NCBI GenBank assembly: GCA_016744975.1
Contig: JADGDI010000006.1
Location: 1 to 53,338, forward strand
Length of the DNA stretch: 53,338 nucleotides
From: Hyphomicrobiales bacterium
GTDB lineage: Bacteria > Pseudomonadota > Alphaproteobacteria > Rhizobiales > OSC116
Reading direction: 5' to 3'
The notes under the pieces are model-generated. The model searched no databases, was not told where the DNA came from, and worked only from the letters and a program-made list of their open reading frames with translations. Below, piece by piece: positions 10,898 through 20,152 of the stretch. Position 1 is the stretch's first letter; each line of letters starts with the position of its first letter. The position numbers were made by a program, and so were the translations under genes.

Positions 10898-11163
10898 AGC
10901 AAATATATACTAATTTATATACAATAAGCCGGCAACCAAAAGGCATGGAATGATTTGATTAAACTGCTGATATTATGTGCCCGACCTGACAGATTTATCC
11001 AATTTGTTTAGCTCTGTATTATTATGATACGAAAATTTTAAATATTTGCAATTCGTTCACCTTTAATGCGTATTGTTAAGGAAAGAAAACACGCCTTTAT
11101 TTTTTTGAATTTATTATGGTTAATAAATAAAGGCATTAAAACCCAAATTAAAGCGAGTGATTA

Positions 11164-11799
11164 ATGTCCATTTTAAAGCTGTCCTTGTTTCAAAGTCATG
11201 TTGCCAAATATCTGATCAGTGTAATATTCATTGTAATATACCTTTTATGGTTTGCAATGGCGCCCAGCGCACAGACCATTCGGATAGAGGTTAATAAGGC
11301 AAGTATTTTAAAACTTACCCAAACCCCTTCAACGATTATCATTGGCAACCCCGCACTTGCTGACATTACCCCACAAGACAACAATGTCCTTGTTTTGGTT
11401 GGAAAAGCCAGTGGCCGCACTAATATTATTATATTAGATGACGCAGGTAATGTGATGCACAATTATGATATTGCCATTCAAGAGGAGCAATCTGGCAACT
11501 TAACCATGTTTAGAGCTGGTAAGCAGTGGAGCTATTCTTGCGCGCCTTATTGTGAACGGGTAATCAACCCGAATGATGATAGTGATGCATTTGGAGCCAA
11601 CTTAAGCCAAGTCCAGGCAAAAGCTGACCAAATGAGCGGAGCAGCAAACAGTGAAAATACCACCGAGGACGCAGGATTTGGTGGATCTCTTAGTGGTGCT
11701 CCCACCAATGGTGCAGCATCAGCTGGTTTTGGCACACAAGGTAATGGCATGCAAGGAATGGGCGCTCAAATGTTTAAGGTTTTGCCACCGACTAACTAG
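11164..11799 (+). CDS. Pilus assembly N-terminal-domain protein (CpaI-like)
   Basis: Signal peptide, IIIGNPALADI, GKASGRTNIIILD and YSCAPYCE; divergent from flp; Gly-rich C-terminal tail. Confidence 0.8.
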   Translation: MSILKLSLFQSHVAKYLISVIFIVIYLLWFAMAPSAQTIRIEVNKASILKLTQTPSTIIIGNPALADITPQDNNVLVLVGKASGRTNIIILDDAGNVMHNYDIAIQEEQSGNLTMFRAGKQWSYSCAPYCERVINPNDDSDAFGANLSQVQAKADQMSGAANSENTTEDAGFGGSLSGAPTNGAASAGFGTQGNGMQGMGAQMFKVLPPTN

Positions 11800-11821
11800 C
11801 CATTGGTTAACTTCCAAAATC

Positions 11822-11872
11822 AAGCCCTTTTAAACCTGTTTAGTCATTATAAACTTGTTTGAGAGGGTTTTT
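11822..11872 (+). terminator. Probable terminator hairpin after the cpaI-like gene
   Basis: AAGCCCTTTTAAAC pairs with GTTTGAGAGGGTTT (G-U pairs), followed by T residues. Confidence 0.55.
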
Positions 11873-11925
11873 ATTTGCTTCCTGCTGGCCTTAGCGATAA
11901 GAAATATTATGTGCTCTAAACACAA

Positions 11926-11955
11926 TTTGACAAAGCCAATTTTGACAAAGCCAAT
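11926..11955 (+). repeat. Perfect 15-bp tandem duplication
   Basis: TTTGACAAAGCCAAT occurs twice in tandem, immediately before the truA RBS. Confidence 0.9.
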
Positions 11956-11968
11956 AAGGATAAAGTAA

Positions 11969-12706
11969 ATGCCGCGATATAAACTAACCATAGAATATAA
12001 TGGGGCGGGCTTTTATGGGTGGCAAATTCAGGCAACGGGAAAAACTGTTCAGGGGCAAATAGAGATTGCGCTAAGCAAATTCACCAAACAAAAACCTAGA
12101 GTTAACGGCTCTGGACGCACGGACTCAGGCGTACATGCACTGGGGCAGGTTGCTCATCTGGATTTAGACAAATCATGGCCTGTACAAAAATTGCGTGAAG
12201 CATTAAATTTCCATTTAAAACCAGACTTGATTTCGATTTTAAATGTTGAGTTAGTGGATGAGCAGTTTGATGCTCGGTTCTCGGCCATCAGGCGACATTA
12301 TATATATAAGATTGTTAATCGCCGATCACCGCTTGCCATTGGGGCGGGATTGGCTTGGCATGTTCGGCAACCGCTTAATGTTACCGCAATGGCTGAGGCA
12401 GCAAAATATTTAGAAGGCCTGCATGATTTTACAACATTTAGATCGGTCCATTGTCAGGCGAAATCCCCAATTAAGACGGTTGACTGTCTTGTGGTTAGCG
12501 CATGTGCAGAACAAATAGAAGTTACCGTTTCGGCCCGTTCTTTCATGCATAATCAGGTAAGGTCATTTGTTGGAAGCCTCAAGAATGTTGGCGAAGGGCG
12601 CTGGCCTGCAAAGCAAATGCAGATAGCGCTAAAAGCCCAAGACCGCCACCAATGTGGCGAGGTTGCACCAGCTCATGGGCTATATTTTGCCAATATTGAA
12701 TATTAA
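11969..12706 (+). CDS. truA: tRNA pseudouridine(38-40) synthase
   Basis: YNGAGFYGWQ, catalytic GRTDSGVHA, FDARFSA, GLHDFTTF, SFMHNQVR and APAHGL. Confidence 0.97.
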   Translation: MPRYKLTIEYNGAGFYGWQIQATGKTVQGQIEIALSKFTKQKPRVNGSGRTDSGVHALGQVAHLDLDKSWPVQKLREALNFHLKPDLISILNVELVDEQFDARFSAIRRHYIYKIVNRRSPLAIGAGLAWHVRQPLNVTAMAEAAKYLEGLHDFTTFRSVHCQAKSPIKTVDCLVVSACAEQIEVTVSARSFMHNQVRSFVGSLKNVGEGRWPAKQMQIALKAQDRHQCGEVAPAHGLYFANIEY

Positions 12707-12774
12707 TGTAATTTTTATTTATTTATCCAATGCGTTCGCGCTCACATTAATGTGTTAGTACTCACAATAATGTA

Positions 12775-13125
12775 TTAGTTTTCACAATATAGATTGACCA
12801 TTTTACACATATTCAGATTAGATTTGGTCAATATTTCTTTTAAATGGTTGCTTAATGTATACTGATATTGGTTTTTGTTAAGCTCAACCAGTAAATAAGC
12901 CTCTTTTCCACTTTGGCAAATTACTTTTTTAAGCGCCATTGTATTATTCTTAATATAGTTTTTATCGATTATATTCCAATATTGCGAAATGTAAGCGATT
13001 GTTTGGCAAGTTTCATATTCTGGTAATTTAGCATCATCTGCATGTGGTGAAAAAGTTAGCATTGCAGAAAAGCTGCATATGATAACGCGTAACCCTCGGT
13101 ATAAATTCTTGTACAAAAATGTCAT
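12775..13125 (-). CDS. Hypothetical protein, possibly exported
   Basis: 116-aa AT-rich ORF that fills the gap between truA and tadD. It has a signal-like N-terminus and several Cys; no family recognised. Confidence 0.5.
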   Translation of the reverse strand: MTFLYKNLYRGLRVIICSFSAMLTFSPHADDAKLPEYETCQTIAYISQYWNIIDKNYIKNNTMALKKVICQSGKEAYLLVELNKNQYQYTLSNHLKEILTKSNLNMCKMVNLYCEN

Positions 13126-13219
13126 AATAGTTTCGCAAAGTTAAGTCTTAAACTAAAGTATGAAATATTATTGTGTCAAGATTAAGGATGAAGCAATTTA
13201 TTACCCATGAGTTAGATTA

Positions 13220-14008
13220 TTAACCCTTAGAACGAATTTTTTTAATCTGCGCGATGTTGGCCTCGACTTGATTTAATGGCAAATCCTGCATGAATATTTT
13301 TTTAGATTGTTCATATTTACCTTGTAGGCCAAGTATAAATGCATAATTTTGGCGCATTTTGGCAGTCGCATTTGTGTGCTTTACTGCGATTGCTAGATGT
13401 CGTTCAGCAAGGATGAGCTGTTTATTCATCATATAGGTAACACCTAAATTGGTGTGGATTTGCGGATTATTAGGGCTAAGTTTAATTGCTTTTGTATAGC
13501 TCGCTACGGCAAGCTTTTGCTCGCCCATTTTACTATGTAAACCACCAATATCATTATATATACGCCAATCATTTGGGGCATAATTAACCGCAACTAATAA
13601 TTTTCGAAGTGCAGGGCCGACTAACCCTTGGCTGGACAATATTTTGGCATGCACCCGGATTATTTCTGCGCTTTTTTTATGTATCTGCGCGCCATCATTG
13701 AGTATTTTTGTTGCGTTGCTGGTTGAGCCGATGGAGGCTAATGCTTTTGCATAGCCAATGATATTGGCTAATGAAGTTTTATCAGCCTCATACGCATCCC
13801 CCCAAATTTGAACATTGCGAAAAGCCTTTGCTTGGCCATCCACAACAGGGTCACCCGTTAGTTTGATTTCACTTCGTTTGTCATTTAATGGGCTGTTGGC
13901 GTTGTTAAAAATATTGCTACTGCACCCACCAAGCCATAAAATATTTAGCAATATAAGGGCTTTAACACTGTTTTTTAGATATGTATGATATTTTTGATTG
14001 AGCGGCAT
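13220..14008 (-). CDS. tadD: TPR lipoprotein, Tad secretin pilotin TadD/CpaO-like
   Basis: Lipobox LGGC, TPR repeats (PNDWRIYNDIG, PNNPQIHTNLG, RQNYAFILGLQG) and DLP...VEANIA tail; divergent from an M17 peptidase. Confidence 0.8.
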   Translation of the reverse strand: MPLNQKYHTYLKNSVKALILLNILWLGGCSSNIFNNANSPLNDKRSEIKLTGDPVVDGQAKAFRNVQIWGDAYEADKTSLANIIGYAKALASIGSTSNATKILNDGAQIHKKSAEIIRVHAKILSSQGLVGPALRKLLVAVNYAPNDWRIYNDIGGLHSKMGEQKLAVASYTKAIKLSPNNPQIHTNLGVTYMMNKQLILAERHLAIAVKHTNATAKMRQNYAFILGLQGKYEQSKKIFMQDLPLNQVEANIAQIKKIRSKG

Positions 14009-14076
14009 ATTGAGTATCTTTGATTATAACAGATTGATTCGTGCAGAAACATAGAAGCCTATAATGCTGTGTGTTT

Positions 14077-14094
14077 GTCAATAAAGCGTTAACC
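14077..14094 (-). promoter_or_regulatory. CtrA-like box upstream of tadD
   Basis: Minus strand GGTTAA-CGCTTTA-TTGAC. Confidence 0.55.
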
Positions 14095-14137
14095 ATATTT
14101 ATAAATCCCGCTATAATAGTAATATGAGGAGAAACCA

Positions 14138-15538
14138 ATGAATTTACTTAAATCTGCCAATAATGCCATTTCAATAAAACTAATATCAACGGATGATTTT
14201 CAGCAAATGTCATCAATACCGAGGCATCATAAAAAATGGATGCAACTGCACCAGTTTGAAGCCAATGAAGGTGATTTAATATCTATCGCTAGCGCAAGTG
14301 GTGACGTGGAACAGGTATATTTTGGTGTTGGAAAGCAAGGTAGCGATGTATTTTTGCTTCAAGATCCGTTTAATTTGGCCAAATTAAATCAATTACCGCC
14401 AGCAACATATAAAATAGAACAAAAATTAACCAACGCTGAGATTGCATATTTTGCATTTGCTTTAGCAGATTACAAATTTGATCGTTATAAAAAAACAGAT
14501 GTAAAGTTAGAAAGTGAAAAAGTCTTACTGGTAATTGAGCCAGGTTTGGACTTCAATGATATTGAAAATCAAATTGCGGCAATTGGCCTGACGCGGGATT
14601 TAATAAACACGCCTGCGAATGATATGGGGCCAGAAGAATTGGCATTTGCCATTCAAAATTTGGCCGATAATTTTAATGCGGAATATCGAGATATTATTGG
14701 TGACACGCTTTTAGAACAGGGCTTTAATTTGATCCATACTGTCGGCCGAGCAAGTGACCGTGCGCCGCGTTTGGTTGAATTGAAATGGCGATCTAACAAA
14801 CAGGCCAATTTACCGAAATTAACTTTAGTGGGTAAGGGGGTTATATTTGATACAGGCGGGTTAGATTTAAAGCCAGCTGCTGGTATGTTGCTTATGAAAA
14901 AAGACATGGGCGGCGCTGCCAATGTCATTGGTTTGGCCCAAATGATTATGACGGCAAATCTTCCTGTGGAACTGACATTATTGGTTGGCGCAGTTGAAAA
15001 CTCAGTTTCATCCAATGCATTTAGACCTTCGGATATTTTAACGGCCTATAATGGTACAACGGTTGAAATTGGCAATACGGATGCGGAAGGGCGGCTAGTG
15101 TTAGCCGATTTATTAGCCCTAGCAGATGAAGCGCAGCCAGATTTAATGATAGATATGGCGACTTTAACAGGCGCGGCGCGGGTAGCCGTTGGGCCAGAAA
15201 TTGCAGCATTTTTTACCGATGATACAGAATTGGCACAAGATTTAGTCATTCATAGTGCAAAAACTGAAGATGCCATTTGGCAGTTGCCACTTTATCAGCC
15301 CTATTTAAAGACTATGAATAGTAAAGTTGCAGATATGAATAATATTTCATCCATGCCATTGGCGGGTGCGACCAGCGCTGCTCTATTTTTAAAGCATTTT
15401 GTAAAAAATACCAAAAGTTATATACATTGGGATATAAATGCATGGAACATTAGTGAGCGCTTAGCACGGCCTATCGGCGGTGAAGCAATGGGAATTAGAG
15501 CAATATTTTCTATGCTGAAAAGCAAATATGAGGTTTGA
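14138..15538 (+). CDS. Leucyl aminopeptidase family (M17)
   Basis: VGKGVIFDTGG, MKKDMGGAA, NTDAEGRL and ATLTGA. Confidence 0.95.
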   Translation: MNLLKSANNAISIKLISTDDFQQMSSIPRHHKKWMQLHQFEANEGDLISIASASGDVEQVYFGVGKQGSDVFLLQDPFNLAKLNQLPPATYKIEQKLTNAEIAYFAFALADYKFDRYKKTDVKLESEKVLLVIEPGLDFNDIENQIAAIGLTRDLINTPANDMGPEELAFAIQNLADNFNAEYRDIIGDTLLEQGFNLIHTVGRASDRAPRLVELKWRSNKQANLPKLTLVGKGVIFDTGGLDLKPAAGMLLMKKDMGGAANVIGLAQMIMTANLPVELTLLVGAVENSVSSNAFRPSDILTAYNGTTVEIGNTDAEGRLVLADLLALADEAQPDLMIDMATLTGAARVAVGPEIAAFFTDDTELAQDLVIHSAKTEDAIWQLPLYQPYLKTMNSKVADMNNISSMPLAGATSAALFLKHFVKNTKSYIHWDINAWNISERLARPIGGEAMGIRAIFSMLKSKYEV

Positions 15539-15555
15539 TTTAGCCTAATATCATG

Positions 15556-15572
15556 GTTAATAAATTCTTAAC
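15556..15572. promoter_or_regulatory. Perfect symmetric CtrA box
   Basis: GTTAA-TAAATTC-TTAAC matches the consensus on both strands. Confidence 0.65.
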
Positions 15573-15925
15573 TTGCTAGCAAGCTTCGAGTCTTGCTAGC
15601 GGGTGAAGCCTCAAAAATGTTGCTTGGTCATAAAAATACCCAGATATTTGTCGCGACTTAGCGTATATTAACAAAACCCATTTAAATAGTTGCTGAAGGC
15701 AAGCTATTGTTGATATTTATTGATGTAATGGATGGCGCGCTCAATTCATTTTGATATATTTTTTTAATAAACCATTCAATTTATGCGGCTGTAAGCGCCG
15801 ACCTGTGCATAAAACACGATGAATTATGAGCTTTTTCAGCAATATGATTCGATTCTTGGGTTTATTTGGGGAAAACGACTTTATTTACCTGCCCGACCTT
15901 GCCACAGATTCACCATATGGTGTAG

Positions 15926-15942
15926 TTTACTATTTGTTAACC
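15926..15942 (+). promoter_or_regulatory. CtrA-like box in the gcrA promoter
   Basis: TTTA-CTATTTG-TTAACC about 60 bp before gcrA, with GANTC sites nearby (15846, 15851, 15907). CtrA repression of gcrA is known in Caulobacter. Confidence 0.6.
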
Positions 15943-16000
15943 ACATTATGTGGGGTGATGGTTGGCTAAATTGCGGAATTTAGTTAAATGAGGAGGCTAC

Positions 16001-16522
16001 ATGGCGTGGACAGATGATAGAGTCGAACTGCTTAAGAAATTGTGGAATGACGGGTTAAGTGCGAGTCAAATTGCAAACCAAATGGGCGGTGTAACCCGCA
16101 ATGCGGTAATTGGTAAAGTTCATCGTTTAGGACTATCAGGTAGAGCGACATCTACTCGAGGTAGAGCAGCAAACAAGGCTGGCAAAACTGCGGCATCTAA
16201 ACAGCGCAGTCAACGCCGTGAACCCAAAATGCCTTCTATGGGTAATGCTGCATATAAAGTAGCGCCTGAAACCAAGGCAGAAGCCATTATTGAACCAAAA
16301 GTTTCACCAGTAAAATTGGTTGAAACGCCAACAGGTAATAATATCGGTATTTATGATTTAACCGAATATACTTGTCGCTGGCCTGTTGGTGACCCAACTG
16401 AAAATGATTTTCATTTTTGTGGTGGCCGAAATAACGGCAGTGGTCCATATTGTGAAAGCCATGCCCAAGTTGCTTATCAGCCAGCAATTCGACGTAAGAC
16501 AGGTAAGAAAAATGTTGCTTAA
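16001..16522 (+). CDS. gcrA: Cell-cycle regulator GcrA
   Basis: MAWTDDRVELLKKLW...SASQIA...TRNAVIGKVHRLGL and C-terminal CRWPVGDP...FCG...YCESH; GAGGAGG RBS. Confidence 0.97.
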   Translation: MAWTDDRVELLKKLWNDGLSASQIANQMGGVTRNAVIGKVHRLGLSGRATSTRGRAANKAGKTAASKQRSQRREPKMPSMGNAAYKVAPETKAEAIIEPKVSPVKLVETPTGNNIGIYDLTEYTCRWPVGDPTENDFHFCGGRNNGSGPYCESHAQVAYQPAIRRKTGKKNVA

Positions 16523-16560
16523 CCAATAATGTGCAGCAACAGTAAAATATATGATACATC

Positions 16561-16590
16561 AAGGCCTCATTTTTTAATGGGGCTTTTTTT
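16561..16590. terminator. Terminator between convergent gcrA and phoB
   Basis: AAGGCCTCATT-tttt-AATGGGGCTT followed by a T run. Confidence 0.75.
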
Positions 16591-16621
16591 ATAGGGTGTT
16601 TTCAATATCAATTTATGTCGG

Positions 16622-17326
16622 TTAAAACTTATCGTCAAAACTATAGCCAGCACCGCGAATGGTACGGATTGGATCGGCTAATTTATCTGGGTTGTTTTTG
16701 TTCAATTGCAAGGATTTCCTCAAACGGCCAATATGGACATCAACGGTTCGTTCATCTACATAGACATCTTGACCCCAAACATTGTCGAGCAATTGTTCCC
16801 GGTTAAAAACTCGACCTGGTTTTTGCATAAGAAATTGCAATAATTTAAACTCGGTTGGCCCCAAATCCAGCTCAATATCAGCACGGCTAACACGTAGATT
16901 TTGGTTGTTCAATATAATATCCCCAAGTTTGATTTCATCATTCATTGTTGCTGGGATGGTGCGTTTGAGCAATGCTTTTATCCGAGCGATCAATTCTTTC
17001 ATGCTGAATGGTTTGACTAGGTAATCGTCAGCACCAACATCAAAGCCGCGCAGTTTTTCATCTTCCGCGCCGCGCGCTGTGGTCATGATAACTGGAATAT
17101 TTCGAGTGTTAGGATTATTGCGTAAACTTTTACAAATTTCAATTCCCGATTGTCCTGGCAACATCCAATCTAGTAGGATTAAATCGGGCAGTTTTTCAGC
17201 GATATAAATACCAACTTGGTCACCATGATTGCACAAACGAATTTCAAAGCCCGCTTCTTGCAAATTGTACACAAGTAAGATACCGAGTGCCTCCTCATCT
17301 TCAATAACCAAAATTGAAACGCGCAT
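16622..17326 (-). CDS. phoB: Phosphate regulon response regulator PhoB
   Basis: Receiver domain (VIEDE, LLDWMLPG, ADDYLVKPF) and winged helix (RTVDVHIGRLRK, TIRGAGY). ATG at 17326 preferred. Confidence 0.96.
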   Translation of the reverse strand: MRVSILVIEDEEALGILLVYNLQEAGFEIRLCNHGDQVGIYIAEKLPDLILLDWMLPGQSGIEICKSLRNNPNTRNIPVIMTTARGAEDEKLRGFDVGADDYLVKPFSMKELIARIKALLKRTIPATMNDEIKLGDIILNNQNLRVSRADIELDLGPTEFKLLQFLMQKPGRVFNREQLLDNVWGQDVYVDERTVDVHIGRLRKSLQLNKNNPDKLADPIRTIRGAGYSFDDKF

Positions 17327-17350
17327 GTCAGACCCTAATATTGCCAAATT

Positions 17351-18043
17351 TTAGCTAATTTTGATTAGATCAGATTTTGGTCGGTCATCACTAAGCATTT
17401 CGCCGCGTACCATATAATGAATATTTTCGGCAATATTGGTTGCATGATCTCCAATACGTTCAATATTTTTTGCCGCAAAATGCAAATGGGTGCAATAATC
17501 AATATGGTCGCCATTTTTTTTCATATGCTCGGTAATTTCCTTAAATATGCTATTATAAAGCGCGTCTAAATCTTTGTCATTTTGCCAAACAATAATAGCC
17601 TTGTCGACGTCGCTAGCCGCGAAAGCATCAAGGATATTTTTGACGGATGTTTTTGCCAGTTCACCCATTGCAGAAAAGCCACTAACCAGACTTTTAGGAG
17701 TGCGGCCATTAATTTTAATCACCCGCTTGGCAATATTTTTTGCCAAATCGCCGATGCGCTCTAAATCAGAACTAATTCGGATAGTAACAATGATACGGCG
17801 CAAATCCAGTGCCATTGGTTGGCGCTTGGCAATCATTAAAATTGCTTCTTCCTCAACCTCTAACTCCAGCTTATCTATGCTCTTATCTGACAAAATAGCC
17901 CGTTTAGCGAGTTCATAGTCGTTGTTTTCTAAAGACTTAATCGCCATTGTCAGCTGATTTTCTGCCAAACCACCCATTTTAGAGATTTTTTGACTAAGGT
18001 TTTGAAGCTCTTCTTCAAAAGCGGTAACAATATGTTTTTGCAT
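17351..18043 (-). CDS. phoU: Phosphate signalling protein PhoU
   Basis: Two PhoU repeats: RQPMALDLR...LERIGDLAKNIA and IERIGDHATNIAE. Confidence 0.97.
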   Translation of the reverse strand: MQKHIVTAFEEELQNLSQKISKMGGLAENQLTMAIKSLENNDYELAKRAILSDKSIDKLELEVEEEAILMIAKRQPMALDLRRIIVTIRISSDLERIGDLAKNIAKRVIKINGRTPKSLVSGFSAMGELAKTSVKNILDAFAASDVDKAIIVWQNDKDLDALYNSIFKEITEHMKKNGDHIDYCTHLHFAAKNIERIGDHATNIAENIHYMVRGEMLSDDRPKSDLIKIS

Positions 18044-18058
18044 GCCTATCTCCTAAAA

Positions 18059-18832
18059 TTAACCGTAACGGCCTGTTATATAATCCTGAGTTTGTTGATT
18101 ATGTGGGTTGGTGAAAATCTGATCGGTATCGCCAAATTCTACTAATTTACCCAGATGGAAAAACGCCGTTTTTTGGCTAACCCGCGCTGCTTGTTGCATG
18201 CTATGGGTCACTATTACAATGGTAAACTTTTCTTTTAGCTCATCAATTAACTCTTCAATCCGCGCGGTAGCAATTGGGTCAAGCGCGCTACATGGTTCAT
18301 CCATTAAAATTACTTCAGGGCTAACTGCAATAGCCCGAGCAATGCACAATCTTTGTTGTTGTCCGCCTGAAAGGCCGGTGCCAGGCGAGTCTAAACGATC
18401 TTTCACTTCTTCCCACAGTCCTGCGCGTTTTAAGCTGGTTTCAACAATCTCATCGCCATCACTCTTATGTTCTATCATACCATGAATTTTAGGGCCATAA
18501 ACCACATTGTCGTAAATTGATTTTGGGAAAGGGTTGGGTTTTTGAAATACCATACCAACCCTTGCTCGCAGCTCCACCACGTCAATTTTTTTGCTATAAA
18601 TATCTTGGCCATCAAGCAAAATATCACCGCTAATTTTACAAACATCAATCACATCATTCATGCGGTTAAGGCAGCGTAATAAGGTTGATTTACCGCAGCC
18701 TGAAGGGCCAATAAGCGCGGTTACTTGGTTTTCTAGAACATCGACTTCAATATTAAACAATGCTTGTTTGTCGCCGTAAAAAACATTGACATCGCGGACT
18801 TGGTATTTGTTGGCAATTTTATTTTCAGACAT
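18059..18832 (-). CDS. pstB: Phosphate ABC transporter ATPase
   Basis: [26 protein letters not shown] and DEPCSALDP. Confidence 0.98.
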   Translation of the reverse strand: MSENKIANKYQVRDVNVFYGDKQALFNIEVDVLENQVTALIGPSGCGKSTLLRCLNRMNDVIDVCKISGDILLDGQDIYSKKIDVVELRARVGMVFQKPNPFPKSIYDNVVYGPKIHGMIEHKSDGDEIVETSLKRAGLWEEVKDRLDSPGTGLSGGQQQRLCIARAIAVSPEVILMDEPCSALDPIATARIEELIDELKEKFTIVIVTHSMQQAARVSQKTAFFHLGKLVEFGDTDQIFTNPHNQQTQDYITGRYG

Positions 18833-18865
18833 ATTTTAATCCAATTTTTAAATCTCTAATCATGG

Positions 18866-20152
18866 CTACCATCTTCTTTCATAACGGCGGCGTAACATAA
18901 CTGCAATGGCATTCATTACGACTAAGAAAAACAGCAATACTAAAATGGCTGCGCTCATTTTTGCTTGAAATGCCCGCTCTGGGCTATCGGCCCAAATGTA
19001 TATTTGTACAGGTAAAACAGTTGCAGGATCGGTTACCCCTTGGGGAATGTCGACAATGAAAGCCACCATGCCGATCATCAGCAATGGTGCGGTCTCGCCA
19101 AGTGCTCTGGCCATACCGATAATGGCGCCAGTGAGCGCACCTGGCATTGCAAGTGGCAATACATGGTGCAAAATTGTTTGCATTTTGGAAGCACCAATGC
19201 CAAGGGCGGCCTCGCGAATAGAAGGTGGGACAGATTTTAAAGCAGCGCGAGTAGTGATGATAATTGTTGGCAATGTCATCAGCGATAATACCATACCACC
19301 AACCAATGGCGCACTACGCGGCATGTTGAAGAAATTTAAAAATAATGCCAGACCGAGCAAGCCAAATACGATAGAGGGCACAGCGGCCAAATTGTTAATA
19401 TTCACCTCAATAAAGTCAGTAATTTTACTCGGTTTTGAAAATTCTTCTAGATAAACAGCAGCTAAAACACCTAATGGAAAACTTAGCACCAAGGTAATCA
19501 ATAAAGTGAAAAACGAGCCCACCACTGCACCTCTTATGCCAGCATCTTCTGGCGACCTGCTATCAGCAAAAATGAAGAAATCCCAATTAAAACGGCGTTC
19601 TAGGCGGCCATCGGCTTGTAACTGATCAATCCATGTGATTTGATTGTCCTTAATGCGCCTTTTATCCTCATCAATATCGCGGTTAATAAAACCCTTGATA
19701 AAACTATCCACATCATCGGATGACTTTACCCATATTTCGCGCTTTGTATCTATAAAGCCCAAATCTGGTTTGTCGCCCGATAATAATGCGCTGCTAATAT
19801 GATAGCCCGCTTCGCTAGACAGTAAGGTTTTAAGTTTCTTTTTGGCCTTGCGTTTTGTCACCTCTGGAAAAAGGTCGTAAATCCCTTGGCGGATAATTTT
19901 TTGAAAATCGCTTTTACGCATTTCAACCACGTTGCGCTCGCCACTTTTATCAATCACCTTTTGGTCAAATTCTACATTCAATTTAATGTAAGTTTGGGTA
20001 AAGGCAGGAATAGCGCTAACGGTAATGGTAACCAGCATGATTGCTAAAAAGCCAAGTGCAAAAATAATTGCCGCAAGGCCATAGGCTTTAAACCGCCGTT
20101 CGGCTGCATAACGTTTTTGTAAATGCTGGTGTCGCTGTTGCAAATCAGTCAT
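18866..20152 (-). CDS. pstA: Phosphate ABC transporter permease PstA
   Basis: NLAAVPSIVFG, REAALGIGA and ARALGETAPL. Confidence 0.97.
   Translation of the reverse strand: MTDLQQRHQHLQKRYAAERRFKAYGLAAIIFALGFLAIMLVTITVSAIPAFTQTYIKLNVEFDQKVIDKSGERNVVEMRKSDFQKIIRQGIYDLFPEVTKRKAKKKLKTLLSSEAGYHISSALLSGDKPDLGFIDTKREIWVKSSDDVDSFIKGFINRDIDEDKRRIKDNQITWIDQLQADGRLERRFNWDFFIFADSRSPEDAGIRGAVVGSFFTLLITLVLSFPLGVLAAVYLEEFSKPSKITDFIEVNINNLAAVPSIVFGLLGLALFLNFFNMPRSAPLVGGMVLSLMTLPTIIITTRAALKSVPPSIREAALGIGASKMQTILHHVLPLAMPGALTGAIIGMARALGETAPLLMIGMVAFIVDIPQGVTDPATVLPVQIYIWADSPERAFQAKMSAAILVLLFFLVVMNAIAVMLRRRYERRW

Noticed and set aside
15539-16000. Replication origin in the long CtrA/GANTC-containing intergenic region
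   Set aside because: No cluster of DnaA boxes and no hemE/dnaA/parAB context.
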